Shown: positions 25,844 through 39,997, counted from the first letter of the stretch. The stretch: 64,000 nucleotides of DNA from Octopus sinensis (GCF_006345805.1 NC_043004.1:13516001-13580000), one strand, 5' to 3'. Translations and numbers: made by a program. Notes: generated by a model from the letters alone, not told the origin.

Positions 25844-27474
25844 GAACATAGAGAATGCATCGATTTAAAGAACGAAATTATTGACATTATGTTCCTGTGG
25901 TAGTCAAGATGGAAATTCTTCCTTTCTCTCTCCTTCTTTCTCTCTCTCGTCTCTCCTTCTTTCTCTCTCTCTCTCTCTCTCATACACACACACATACATA
26001 TACAAATACACCCTCTCACTCACTAAATATATTCTTACTGTTTACACATTCTGCATCAAACAATCATCTCATATTTCAAAATACTTCTGGAAAAGTTTTA
26101 TAGAAATGTTGATCTGATATAGAAGAGGAAATAAACTCTAACTTTACGTTAGTAAAGTTAGAGGACGCAGGTAAAATAACGCAGAAATTCTTCATGGACT
26201 TCGTAGCTTCTTCTGAATAAATTTATATTATCCCATTATCACGAGGTGATACATCCGGGTCTGTTAATGCACGTTTAGAGTAGGCTTGTGTTATAAGATA
26301 ATAATTTTTATTTTACATATTAGCCATACAGGATCAAACAGAGACTGCTAACTTCACTTAAATATTATTCCATCCTTGGTTCCATGTCCTCCGTCGACTA
26401 TTCCTAGGAGAGTTGTTGGGATAGAGTTCTCAGGCATTTCCTCCGTAGGGTCCTATTAAAAACAGACATCATAAGACATTGCTGCTTGATTTTCAAGCGT
26501 GACTAATTGAGACTATGACAATTAACCAACCATTAGGCACATCTAGGTCTCCTGCATCATTGTTAATTTTACGTTTCATTGCAGTTGCAACCCTTAAATT
26601 TTTCAGGGCTTCAACGAGTAGTGAGAGGGAGAAATTTCCTTCAAAAGAGTAGAGTCGGCTAATACAGAGGACCATGTGGTGAGTAGTGGACTAAACTGAA
26701 CGAAGATTGAGAGCCAAGAACTCGGACGTCAAGGAAATGAAACGAATACGGCAAGGTAACCACGCTCAACGTTCTAAAATTTGTTCTAACCCTCTACAGC
26801 TCAGGATTGGTGCTAGTTTTTGTTGATGCTGAAAAGAGGAAGGAAAATCAGACCTCCATTTAATTTGAATTCAGAATGCAGTAAATCGGAACGAATTCTT
26901 AGCAAAAGTCACATTTCATTACACAAATGAAAAAGCTACATAACTGTTATTGGTATGTATGCTTTCTCAGTCAGTTATTACTCGTGGTTAACAACAACAA
27001 CTACATTTTGTAAGAAACCTATTAATGGTTGCTTGATGTGTTAAGAAGTGTAGCCATATCTCATGGTAATGACCGCAACTGACATGTATGCATCATTGGT
27101 AAATTTTCTAAAATTTTGGATTCTGTCTGATAAATAGTTTTAGTAAGAAGCTTGTCTGACGCTAGATAAGCTTCATGCTTTAAGAGGACTAAGAGTATAA
27201 GGATGGTAATCTACGGTAAAACGCACAATACCACAGTTGAAATATGATCCACATTATAGTGACATTAGTACTAAATATTATATTTCACACATGAACATAC
27301 ACACACACAAGCACACACACATATATGTATAAAATATACACAAGTATATATACATATATATATGTATGCATCTCCCTCTCTCTTTCTGTACATACACACA
27401 AGCGCACACACGCAAACACATTTATATACATATCTCTCTATCTATCTCTCTATCTAACTATCTATCTATCTACC

Positions 27475-27505
<31 letters not shown>

Positions 27506-27779
27506 AGAAGGGAGAGAGAGAAAGAGAGAAATGTACAATGATAAAAAACATATATAGATGGATAGATAAATCATAAACCTGTATATAATCTTAGAAATCT
27601 TTGGCGTGTGTAGGTGTGTTTATGTATGTGTGTGTGTGTTGGGTTTGCGTACACGCGCTAGTGTACCTTTTAATATATTGCTAATACATGCTAACGATTC
27701 GTCTGACTGGCTACAGCACATCCTTTCTCCAACTGCATTTAAACTAATATTTATTTCAACTGTTGTCAAAGAGCCAGCA

Positions 27780-28365
27780 ATTTGGGTGGGGGGGCTAAGT
27801 CGATTACATTAACGCCGGTATGAAACCGGTGTTGGTTGTTCTTTTATCAACTACAAAATGATTGGAAGACAAAATTGATCACGGTGGAATTTGAACTCAG
27901 AACGTAAAGACGAAAAAGAATGCTGCTAAGAATTTTATTCGGCATGATAATGGTTCTTTTCTACGCTAGGTACAAGGCAGTCGATTAGATCGAGCCCAGT
28001 ACTTAACTGGTACTTAATTTATCGACCCTGAAAGGGTGAAAGGGAAAGTCGACCTCGGCAGAATTTGAACTCAAAACGTAAGGAGAGACGAAATACCGCT
28101 AAGCATTTCGCCCGGCGTGCTAACGTTTCTTATTTCTTTATTGCCCACAAGGGGCTAAACATAGAGGGACAAACAAGGACAGACAAAGGGATTAAGTCGA
28201 TTACATCGACCCCTGTGCGTAACTGGTACTTATTTAATCGACCCCGAAAGGATGAAAGGTAAAGTCGACCTCGGCGGAATTTGAACTCAGAATGTAACGG
28301 CAAACGAAATACGTCTATGCATTTCTCCCGGCGTGCTAACGTGTCTGCCAGCTCACCGCCTTCGG
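27780..28365 (-). mobile_element. SINE cluster: B+A composite plus an older degenerate copy
   Basis: Minus-strand junction gggcaataaagaaata|agaaacgttagc at 28131/28130. Confidence 0.85.
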
Positions 28366-29689
28366 CGTGATAGCGGTTCTGACACCTCAATGCCTTCTTT
28401 TAAACTTGTTATAATTAGCATACATTAATATTTTAGCACAATTTGTTTTCCTTCAAATAACTGTAATTAGCAAATGCTTGGCGGAATTGCCTGTAATAAC
28501 CACAAAACGCAAAAAGAGGAATAACGTTGCAAAGATATTTTTATATAATTTAGCATACTTAGTGCGGGGAGGGCACATATTTTTCTCACTTTAAATACAA
28601 TTGCATGTCATTGTAATAATTATAATTTACGGAATATCAGAAAAAGAGAAAATAATGATGCATTGTATTTTTGTTTCTTTGTAAACAAGAAACTCGAGCT
28701 GAAGAACAAAGTATTTTTTTCTTCAACTGAATGCATTTTGATACACTAAGAATGACAAGATATGTTACTTGTATGTTATCGCCAATTCAAGTATTATGAT
28801 GTACTTTTATACTAGAATAGCAATCTAGAAATAATAACCAAAGTTATGTAGAACCAAGTTGTGTAATATGTATACAACATTCTTTTATCAAGTACTTGCA
28901 GTCAATATTTACTTGCAATTAGTGCTACACAAGAAAAAGTGGCGTTCGGTGTACAGTAAGTGAATGTGTGTGATAAAATAGATTTATATCATGGTATACC
29001 AGACAGCAATGTGTTACTTCATAAGTGATACTATCAATACACAGTAATCTCCGCAACAACAACGTGTCTAGAATTCATTTAACTATAGTCATGTGAGGTG
29101 TTTTTGGTGCTGGGGTTTTTTTTCCTCCGGTTTTAAGCTTTCATTTCGTTTTTCCCTTCAACTTTCATTTTTCATTCTTCAACGGTCTGAAATTGTAACA
29201 AATACATTGCTGAAATGCTAAATAGCGTGGAAGAAGTTAGCGTCGTCTCTAATTAAATTGCCTAGCCTGCATCATTGCTGAATTTCAGTATTGCAATCAG
29301 AACTGACAGATCTCCAGCTTGGTGCTGGCAGCAAAGGTAGCAAATGAAAGGCGGAGTGTGTCTTTCTCCAAGTTGAAACAAAAATTAAGATCAGAGAAAC
29401 CGTTTTCTGTCTTCATCTCTCTTTCGATCAAATACTGTTTCATTGGCTTCCTTATTTTTTCCATTTTCCATGTTGTCATTTTTTTTGTTGTTGTTTTTGT
29501 TACGCATTTCTTTTCGGTCTTTTAAGCCTTACTTCATTAATTCATATTCTCTTCGTTTCTTTTTCCTTAATTTTAACTCTTTCGCCTTTCTTCTTATTAT
29601 TACTTGGTTTAATGTGGCGAGCTGGCAGAATCGCTTTCGTCCGAAAATTTTTTTGTCCGACGCTGTAAAGCTTCTGATAGCTTGCCATC

Positions 29690-29732
<43 letters not shown>

Positions 29733-29827
29733 CCCCATAACAATAATAATAATAATGATGATGATGATGATGATGATGATCATAACAATAATGATGATGA
29801 TGATAATATTTTTTACAGTTCAATATA

Positions 29828-29875
<48 letters not shown>

Positions 29876-30781
29876 CAGATTTGTTTGTCAGTTGGTTGAC
29901 TTTAACAAACTGTGCATTCTCTTAATGGCTGACGATATATGGAACTCTGATCATGAGTTGGAGAACACCATAGCCATGCCAGGAGAGGAATTCTTTGAGG
30001 TTGAATAATTCACCTCTGGAAACAGATGTTTCGTTCATCATCTTTAAGCAAGCCTTCTTCAGGGTTTTTAGCGAAATGATCTACTCGACCTGAAGAAACT
30101 TCTAACTGGGCCCCACCTGCAGGGTCATGCTCTCTTTATCTTAATATGATGTCACCATTTCGTGGGGCAAGTGGTGGTGGTGAGTGAAATGTGTAATTCT
30201 TTTATTAACTAAGTTCTTACTCAGCCCTGGATACAATTTAGACTTGTTCGGCTTCGTATGCAGGAACTTACACCCATATACTTTATATAGATGTGGACAA
30301 CGCACACAAAACGGCTTCTAATTAACACCAAGCCCAGAAACAGCTATAAAGAACTACCAGAAGTTTACTTTCTATTACTTGCGAGATTTATCACCGAATC
30401 ACTCAACTTTCACCTTCCGCATTCTTATAGCTTTTCTACAAAATTTATATATTTCTATATGTATAGTTATATTATAAATTACTTCATTCTTTGCAACAGC
30501 TTCTTCATAACTTTATAACTTATTCTATTATACCTACATACACACACGCACACAGACACGTGTGTATGTAGATGTATGTGTGTGAGTAAGAAAATGATAA
30601 GAATTCACATTACTTAAAATTTCATAAGAATGTATTTCTCTCTTGTGCCTGTAAAATTCTGGGTAAATATAATACTAATAAATGTAAGCTGTACGAAATA
30701 AATTCGGTCGCTTCAGTTTATGCACCTATTTACGTATCGACCTACATTCTTTCTCTCTCCCTCTCATTGTCTCTCTCTCTC

Positions 30782-30833
<52 letters not shown>

Positions 30834-30933
30834 GAAAATATAAGAAAGAAACATGCATATATATATATATATATATATACAATTTACAATTTACATGTGT
30901 TTATATGTATGTATATGTACATATATATATATG

Positions 30934-30970
<37 letters not shown>

Positions 30971-31019
30971 TATGCATATATATGTCTATAAATATATCCG
31001 TGTATGTATGTCTATGTTT

Positions 31020-31058
<39 letters not shown>

Positions 31059-32068
31059 ATATATATATATATATTTACACGCACACAAGACTTTCGTCTC
31101 TGAGCATCTCTGTACACACAGGCGCGCGCGAACCCACACACTCACACACACACACACACACACACAGACATACACACACACATACACACACGCACATCAA
31201 TAATCAGAACTCCCATCAGACAATTAATAAATTTATAACTATGGAGTTACCGCAAACACAAATATATTCAGTCTGGTATTAAATTGTTTGGAAATTTTGC
31301 TTGAAAGAATTGTTTAGTTTTTTTTTTTCTCATTTGCTATTTTTTATTTTTTTTATTCTCCATATTCTCATCGTAATCCTGTGTCTACAGAGAGTTGAGA
31401 TCAATGAAAAATTCTAATGCCTATTATGTTGTCTATTATTGTAATATGATGATCATAATAAATATCTTAATATATTTGAATTATGTCCTCATTTATTTCG
31501 CAGAGAAAACCTCAGAAAATGAATATTATGATTTATCAAGCGGAATAAAACAACATTTTTTTTTTTATATTGGCAATAATTCTTTTTAGTTTTTCTTAAG
31601 ATGTCGTCGAATAAAAAGGGGAAGTACAGAAATCTTATATTTTTTTTTTCTTATTCTGTCAGTCTAAGCTTTTTTTTTTTTTTTGCTATTTTTCTTCTCA
31701 TGTTTTGTCAGTTTGCTTACCCTATACTGGATGGTATTTAAATGTGCATGAAATGATGCGGTTAAATGCGTCTTAGAATTAAATAAACAGAATAAAGCTG
31801 TTAAACTCCATGAGATGCTTTCTTGTACAACATAGCTGTGTTTGTTCGATTATTTATTTACGCTTCGTGAAAAATAAACGTAAAAAATATTGGAGCTAGA
31901 ATTATTTTATTTCTCTGTCTCTGTCTCTTTCTCTTTCTCTTTCTATTTCTCTCTCTCTCTAGCTATCTATCTATCTATCTAACTTTCTCTCAATATATTC
32001 ACACGCGACAGATAGGTGGACGACGTTTATACTATAGTCTACTACGTTCTTAACAGAATATGCCATAA

Positions 32069-32111
<43 letters not shown>

Positions 32112-32254
32112 CATACATATGTATATGTACGATGGGCTTCTTTCAGTTTCCGTCTACCAGATCAACTCACAAGGGTTTGGTCGGTCTGCGGCTATAGTAG
32201 TAAACACTTGCCCGGAACCAAGTGGCTGGAAGCAAGCCACTTGCCACACGGCCA

Positions 32255-32294
<40 letters not shown>

Positions 32295-32953
32295 ATCCAT
32301 CTCCTTATCTGTTTAACTGTGTATCTATCTATCTGTCCTTTTCTCTCTCTCTCTCTCTTCCCCCCTCTCTCTTTCTTAGACTTTCACAACATTTAGTTAT
32401 GGAGGGAAATATTACTCATATCCATCAAACCCAAAACCCACCATTAAAAGAAATATAACATTCTCATATGAAATACCACATAGGCCAGGCAATGTTACAC
32501 AATCGTCTGAAACCCCAGGAAGGAAGAAGAAAGCTATCTTCAGATCGACGATCTTGTACGAGTGCATCAAAACAGATATTGTTAAAGATTTATTGCGCCA
32601 AATAGAGGTGCTAAGCAGAGCAAATCCAAATTATGTTTGCCGCGCCAGTTAGCAAAACTTTCCATGTGTAAAACAGATACTAAAACAAACCGAATCAAGG
32701 ATGATAACTCAACAACCAGGTTAGGTAAGTACTCTCTTTTACTCACTTTTACTCTTTTACTTGTTTCAGTCATTTGACTGCGGCCATGCTGGAGCACTGC
32801 CTTTAGTCGAGCAAATCGACCCCGGGACTTATTCTTTGTAAGTCTAGTACTTATTCTATCGGTCTCTTTTGCCGATCCGCTAGCTGACGGAGACATAAAC
32901 ACACCAGCATCAGTTGTCAAGCAATGCTAGAGGGACAAACATGGACACACAAT

Positions 32954-32995
<42 letters not shown>

Positions 32996-33777
32996 TATAC
33001 ATACGACGGGCTTCTTTCAGTTTCCGTCTACCAAATCCACTCACAAGGCTTTGGTCGGCCTGAGGCTAGATGCCACGCAGTGGGACAGAACCCGGAATCA
33101 TGTGGTTGGTAAGCAAGCTACTTACCGCACAGCCACTTCTGCGCCTACGTATACATTATATACTTGGTATTCACCATTCTTCGTAACAGGATACACTTTA
33201 AGAATGCCTGAGAGCACCTTTAATATTGATGTGAAGCATAAATCCTACAGATTCTCGAGCACCCATCATGCAAGTACCTAGAGTGTGTGTAGTTTCAACA
33301 TAGATGATTTTAAACTACTTAGGCAAACAACTAGTGTAAACATAGTCTGAAATGTCAGAATTCACATTTTCTCACATCAGTACGAATTGAATTCACTGGC
33401 TTTTTTGCTTTTGTTTTTGTTCTTTATAGAATTAAACCCTGACCGCCAGATCATCAATCAATCTCTATTTCTCCCTATATCTAAGCTGGATATTACACTG
33501 AACTTCATTGATTACAGAATTAGTCAGTTTCATTTCTGTAACTGACAGTTTCTCAAGTCTTGATATCGTAAGGCTATGGTTCTTTCCCTTCACTTACGCG
33601 TTAAATGAATACAGCATTTGTTACTACTTGCCCTCTTGATTCGCTTTCGTTCATGTTGTGTTGAAAACATTGCTTGCCTAGATACACACACATACACACA
33701 CATGTATGTACGTCTATGTGTTTATCGATTTCCCCTCCACCTCCTCCTCCTCCTCATTTGTACCTTTCCCTTTCTCC

Positions 33778-33811
33778 TTTCCAACGAAGAGTTATGCTCG
33801 AAACATTAAAC
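33778..33811 (+). ncRNA. Degenerate minimal hammerhead motif, same family as 39083-39117
   Basis: UUU-CCAACGA-A-GAGU(UAU)GCUC-GAAAC-AUU-AAAC. Core substitutions make activity unlikely. Confidence 0.5.
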
Positions 33812-34215
33812 TCTCTCCTTTCAAGCTAATATACTCCATGTGCACGTGCTCACGTTCGTTGGTTTTCTTCTTTCTTTATTCGTTCTTTTATCCGTTTATT
33901 TGAATTGTTTGTTTATTTAAATTGACTGGGTATGTATGTATGTATGTTTTTATGCATGTATGTATGTATTTATGTATTATGTATGTATGTACGTCTGTGT
34001 ATATTGTGTATATCTATAAGTATACTCATTTAGTCTTTTACATGTTTTAGTCAAATCGACTCCAGGACTTAATCTTTGCAAGCCTAGTACTTATTCTATC
34101 GATCTGTATTGCCGAACAGCTAAGTTACGGGGATGCAAGCACACCGGCATCGGTTGTCAAGCGACGTTGGAGGGACAAACACAGACACACAAACATACAC
34201 ACACACACACACACA

Positions 34216-34252
<37 letters not shown>

Positions 34253-35305
34253 GACAGGCTTCTTTCAGTTTCCGTCTACCAAATCCATTCACAAGGCTAT
34301 AGTAGAAGACACTTGCCCAATATGCCACGCAATGGGACTGAACTCGGAACCATATGGTTCGTAAGCAAGCTACTTCTCATGCAGCCACTCCCACGGGTAC
34401 GTATTACTTGCTAGTAGGGACACCATATTTTGTTATGCAACCATAATATTCTACCAAGTATATTAAAGGCTTCTACGAGAAAACTGTGTCCTACTTGTGT
34501 TGGCAGAGTGATCCAATCACTTTTTAATATTATCTCTATAGACTTTCTACTGAAATTAAAGTCAGCGTTGACAGTTACCTCGTTTCGTATACAATTACAT
34601 CTATGTAAACAACGCGATGGAAGATAGAAAACTAGTTGATCGGTGTGTATACATATTTCAGGAGTTATTGCTTCTTCTTCAGCGCCACAACACAGGCATA
34701 GCGTTGACACGTTCACTATAATCAGTATTACAGCAGCAATATCTAACTTGAGAAGCTTATACCGTTTCACATACATACATGAGAATATTCTTATCACCCC
34801 ACTGGCAGCTGAAATCTGTGCTTTTACTGGTTCGGTGCTCATGGCCTGTTACTATATTCGATTCTACTTATACTTGCTAGTACGATTATTATTTCTGGTT
34901 TTTCTTTAGTTCAAATGCCGACGAGGTCAACTTCACCTTTCACATTTCGGGATCGATGAATAACTTAGCAACTGAGCACTGGGAACGATGTAAGGGATAA
35001 GCCGCCTCCACCCAATTTTGAGGCAGTGTGTCTATAGTAGAAAGGATTAATTTTTATATCTCCACTTGTAGCTGTAGTTATTATATTCCACTAGTAGTAG
35101 TAGTAGTAGTAGTAGTACTGGTGGTGGTGGTGGTGGTAGCAGCAGCAGAAGCATTAGTAGTAGTAGTAGTAGTAGTAGTAGTTGCTTTTGTACTTCTTGC
35201 TAGTGCCAGCAACAACACTTGCAATAGCAGCAGCCATAGAAGTATTAGTAGTAGTAGTGGTAGTAGTAGCAGCAGCAGCACAGCAGCAGTAGTAGTAGTA
35301 GTAGT

Positions 35306-35352
<47 letters not shown>

Positions 35353-35788
35353 CAGCAGCAGCAGATTTTATTTTCGCTCTTCTCCACTCCTTCTTCTTCT
35401 TCTTCCTCTTCTTGAACGACTAAAACCCAATTCCAATGCAAACTGAATATTTGTCAGTGGAACATTTAGGCGGGGATCAAAGATCTTGCTCTTCGATTAA
35501 ACCTTATTTCATGTGCGCATGCTACCATGAAATTATTCGACGTATGGGGGGGATACAGCGTGGAACTAGAATATTTTTGCGATTGTTTTCCTCATCAATT
35601 TATTATTGCACGATTTCAAACTGCAACTGCGACCGCAATAAAGACGAAACAAAAAAATGATATCGGTTGCTACGCAACTTCCTGTATTCTTTGTGGGTTT
35701 ACTATGACATACAAATATAATGAAACACAAAATGTGTGCAGCATAAATCTATCGATATTAAAGTTCTATATTTAAGAGATGAGGAAAT

Positions 35789-35919
35789 ATGTACATTATT
35801 TACATTTGACGGACATTTGTCCTCATCTTGTTTGTTGTTAACCCTCCAGCCTCCATCAGGTGTCTTGGGGAAATTTCGAACCTGGGTTCTCATTCCAAAG
35901 TTATTTTTTGATGCTTTTA

Positions 35920-35982
<63 letters not shown>

Positions 35983-36085
35983 TCACTGCCTGGAATCGAT
36001 CTCGGAATCTTGGGGCTAGTAGCCCGCACTCTTAACCCCAAGATTCGGAGTTCGATTCCAGGCAGTGACCTGAATCATAATAATA

Positions 36086-36149
<64 letters not shown>

Positions 36150-36305
36150 CAACAACATCGAAAAATGCCTTAGGAATGAGAACCCAGGTTCGAAATTTCC
36201 CCAAGACACCTTATGAAGGCTGGACAGTACATCAGCCGAAACGTTGTGTTAACAACAAAGAAGGGGACAAATATACGTCGAATGTAAATAATGTAAATAA
36301 TGTAT
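35789..36305. mobile_element. Head-to-head fusion of two tRNA-headed, hammerhead-bearing SINE-like elements
   Basis: Unit: ggttaagagtgcgggctacta...gttcgattcc head, (AAT)n, body with HHR, then an (aataatgta)n tail. Copies lie on - (35789-36037) and + (36033-36305). Confidence 0.85.
36205..36250 (+). ncRNA. Minimal type I hammerhead motif; G5U in this copy
   Basis: GACAC-CUUAUGA-A-GGCUG(gacagtacat)CAGCC-GAAAC-GUU-GUGUU. The inverted partner has CUGAUGG plus a deletion at about 35840-35865. Confidence 0.7.
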
Positions 36306-36852
36306 ACAATGTACTATCGACATTTTTTTAATCGTTGATTTAAAGTGAAAATATAAGTATATTTTAATACAGTGTGGTATGAAATTTTGGCAGAGCATTA
36401 TTCCAAGAAGCAAAACAAAATACACAGACATATGTGTTTCGTATTTGTCTAGACCAAATGGGGAAAGACGATGTTTTAGAATTTGCTTTTAAAACTGCCA
36501 TATGTTTACGTTTCTGGCTGTTGATGTACGTGTAATTTTCGCAGCTGTAGTCTGTTGAATTACGCATAAATCTAAACGCCTTTTTGTTTTCAGTTTTTGT
36601 AGTATTGCTTCTAAGTATAGGCGGTATGATTAATCTTTTGTCTGGCATAACATCCTTGCCAGGTTATTAGGTTCATTTAACTGTATACACTTTATTATAA
36701 GGTTTGAAAGATGTTCTCTAGTCGCATCTGGTACTGCAAGCAATTCTGTTAAGAAGTCATGGCCACTGCTTTCTTTCCAGATAGGTAATCCATAAATATG
36801 CTGTGCTGAACGTAGGATGGCGCCATAAAAACTAGTTTTGACGATTAATTGA

Positions 36853-37229
36853 TACTAGCACTATGACCGGGCAACGCCGGGTTATAGTGCTAGAGCATGC
36901 ATTTACAGCTGCGTGCGTGCACACATACACGCGAGTACTGTCCAAATCTCCGACCACTCACACACAGCTAGCTGGCATTCAATTGACGTATCAAGTTTCG
37001 GGCATTTTGATTGGGTTTTGGATAGAAAATTCACAAAAATGTCACTTCTGTTGATTTTTAATGGCTTTACGGGGTGGCGGAGGAAATGTAAAGATGTGCA
37101 CGACCACTCTTGGACGGTTTTGAATGACTATAGAAAGTGCGAGCCCTCTAACGAAAAATTGTGAATTTGTATAAAGGACACACACACAGACAGACATTTT
37201 GCCGTTTATATATATAGAGATGATTATTG
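36853..37229 (+). mobile_element. Helentron-associated (HINE/DINE-like) non-autonomous element
   Basis: Starts with hairpin actagcactatgaccgggcaacgccgggttatagtgctag. Ends acacacagacagacattttgccgtttatatatatagagat. Confidence 0.55.
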
Positions 37230-37557
37230 GATAAAGAATAAAGATCTTTCACGAGTCCTATAGACTCAAAATCCGGTTTCCAGATTCTGTGGTGTATATC
37301 TTCCCACCAGGATGGGGCGTCGGTCCATCGTAGGCTCACTCATTTTTGCGAGCTGGTCGGATTGGAGCAACGTGAAATGAAAAGTTTTGCCCAAGAACAC
37401 AACTCGTTGCTTCTTCGGAGAATCGAAAGCACAATCTTACGATCATAAAATTAACACCATATTCACTAAGCCACGCACCTCCACTGTTAATATAATTGTG
37501 CAATGCAAATCAGTTAAATGGTGGAAGTCATCGAGCGAAGGACGAAATGTCTTGCTG

Positions 37558-37612
37558 TACAGTAATCCCTCAACTATCGCGGGTGTTACGTGCCAAAAAT
37601 GTCCGCGAGAGG
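37558..37612 (+). mobile_element. Possible pogo/Tigger-like TIR start, truncated by the assembly gap
   Basis: tacagtaatccctcaactatcgcggg resembles CAGTA.CCCTCG.TATCGCG-type termini. Confidence 0.35.
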
Positions 37613-37712
37613 NNNNNNNNNNNNNNNNNNNNNNNNNNNNNNNNNNNNNNNNNNNNNNNNNNNNNNNNNNNNNNNNNNNNNNNNNNNNNNNNNNNNNNNN
37701 NNNNNNNNNNNN
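37613..37712. other. Assembly gap (100 N)
   Basis: Run of N. Confidence 1.
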
Positions 37713-37884
37713 AGTGGCACTCCGTCGGTTACGACGATGAGTGTTCCAGTTGATTCGATCAAAAGAACGGCCTGCTCGTGTAATTAATGTGCAAGTGGCT
37801 GAGCCCTCTACAGACACGCGTATCCTTAATGTAGTTCTCAGGGAGATTCAGCGTAACGTTGGGCGCCACGCTGAATCTTCCTGA

Positions 37885-38470
37885 TGCATGCACACACACA
37901 TACGCACACTCACACACATAGACACACATACACACATACGCACGCTCACACACACACGAACATACACAAACATACAAACACACACACAAATACACACACT
38001 CACATACATACACACAAACACACACATGCAAATACACACGCTCACATACACACACACAAAGACACACGCGCATATACACACTCACAAACTCATACACACA
38101 AACACACACGCTTATATACACACACAAACACATACACATACACACACACAGAAAAACACACACAGACACACATGCTCACATACATACACAAACACATACA
38201 CATACACACACAGAAGCACACACACACACACAGACACACATGCTCACATACATACACAAACACATACACATACACACACAGAAGCACACACACACACATA
38301 AACATTCACAAAAAACACACAGACACACATACATACACACTCACAAACACGCACACACACAAACACACGCTTTCACATACACACACACAAGCACATACAC
38401 ATACACGCACACACATGCACATTCACAAATACAGACACTCAAACATGCTCACACACAAACACACGTCAGA
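37885..38470. repeat. Compound (CA)n-type microsatellite. Other large simple repeats: (TA)n 3870-3942, 7200-7420, 9390-9560; (TTC)n 21555-21640, 46640-46900; (AAT)/(GAT) 29690-29875; (AGT/AGC)n 35090-35365; (TATG/CATG)n 45646-45870, 46170-46480; (GAA/GAT) 51025-51190; (GATA)n 53995-54222, 57455-57515
   Basis: Directly visible tandem repeats. Confidence 0.95.
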
Positions 38471-39082
38471 TATACACACAGTTTTCGTCTCCCAAATTCT
38501 TCTCACACAAAGACACCGATTAGCTGGGACTATAGAAGACGTTTGCTGAAGGTGCCTCGCAGTGGGATAGAAACCGAAGCGAGCTTCTAACCCACACTGC
38601 CAATCCTGTCTAATGACGATTACGACGATGATGCTGGCGATCGTAATGATTATGTTTATTACGAATATAAACATGCAGATAACGATGACTACGAGGCGAA
38701 GGCGGAGGAAGTGGTGTAGCAGCAGCAGTAGCAGCGGCAGCATTGACCTGTTGCAAAGTAGCGGTGCAGTTGTATTAATAACAAGCTGTGAGTCATTTTC
38801 ATAATCTAGTGAAGCTTTTACATTATTTCTGAAACAAAATGTAAACTAAATCGACTTGGTTTATAAACATTAACGGCGCAGGATTGGCTGTGTGGTTAGT
38901 AGCTTGCTTATCAACCACATGGTTCCGGGTTCAGTCCCATTATATGACACATTGGGCAAGCATCTTCTACTATAGCTTCGGGCCGACCAAAGCCTGGTGA
39001 TTGGATTTGGTAGACGGAAACTGAAAGAAGTTCGTCTTTTTTTCCCTCTGTCTTCCCTTCTCTGGATCTTTCCTTCTCCTAT

Positions 39083-39117
39083 GTTTCCGACGAAGAGCTC
39101 CGCTCGAAACGTTAAAC
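39083..39117 (+). ncRNA. Minimal type I hammerhead motif with CCGACGA core (U4C)
   Basis: GUUU-CCGACGA-A-GAGC(UCC)GCUC-GAAAC-GUU-AAAC, within a segment of about 170 bp at 39036-39205. Confidence 0.7.
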
Positions 39118-39218
39118 CATCCTTCTTTCCTGAGCGTCCAATAATACTATATTTGTTCCACGTCCTCGCGTTGTTGTGTTTTTTGTGCTTTCATGTTTGG
39201 ATTAACTTTATATATATA

Positions 39219-39258
<40 letters not shown>

Positions 39259-39263
39259 GTATA

Positions 39264-39310
<47 letters not shown>

Positions 39311-39997
39311 TTATTTGGTTTTCGGGTTCAGTCCCAATGCGTGTCACCTTGGGCAAATATCTTCTACTATAGCCTCGGGCCGACCAAATCCTCGTGAGTG
39401 GATTTGGTAGACGGGAACTGAAAGAAGCCCATCGTATATGTGTATATGTATATATATATGTGTGTGTGTTTGTGTGTATGTGTTCATCTCACCCCCCATC
39501 ATCGCTTGACAACCTACGCTGGTGTGTCCCCGTAAATTAGCGGTTCGGCAAAAAGAGACCGATAGAATAAGTACTGGGCTCACAAAGAATAAGTCCTGGA
39601 GTCGATTTACTCAACTATGGCGGTGCTCCAGCATGGCCGCAGTCAAATGACTGAAACTAGTAAAAGAGTAAAAGAGTAAAAAAGAGGCGGTTTGATGAGG
39701 ATGATGATGAGGAGGAATTTTCTTCTGGACGATTAGCCCATCCCGCTCAAAAGGTCCCTGAATGAGGATTATTTAAGGATGTTGAACAAACCACCCATGT
39801 GAATTATCCAAACCTCTAAGAACTTCTTTCAACACACGGCTGTGATGCTCCCCCACTACCTTTGCTCGTGACCAGAGATGCACATATCATCAGCCACGAA
39901 GGAACATGCTCAACTGGTTATGGTCAAACAAGTGACAAGTAAATTTGTGGTATTCAGCATAATATTTGCTGTAGCCCATCTTTTATTATTATTATTA

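Noticed and set aside
32484-32724. Candidate exon ending at AG|GTAAGT
   Set aside because: All frames contain stops before the donor, and the donor abuts a SINE tail.
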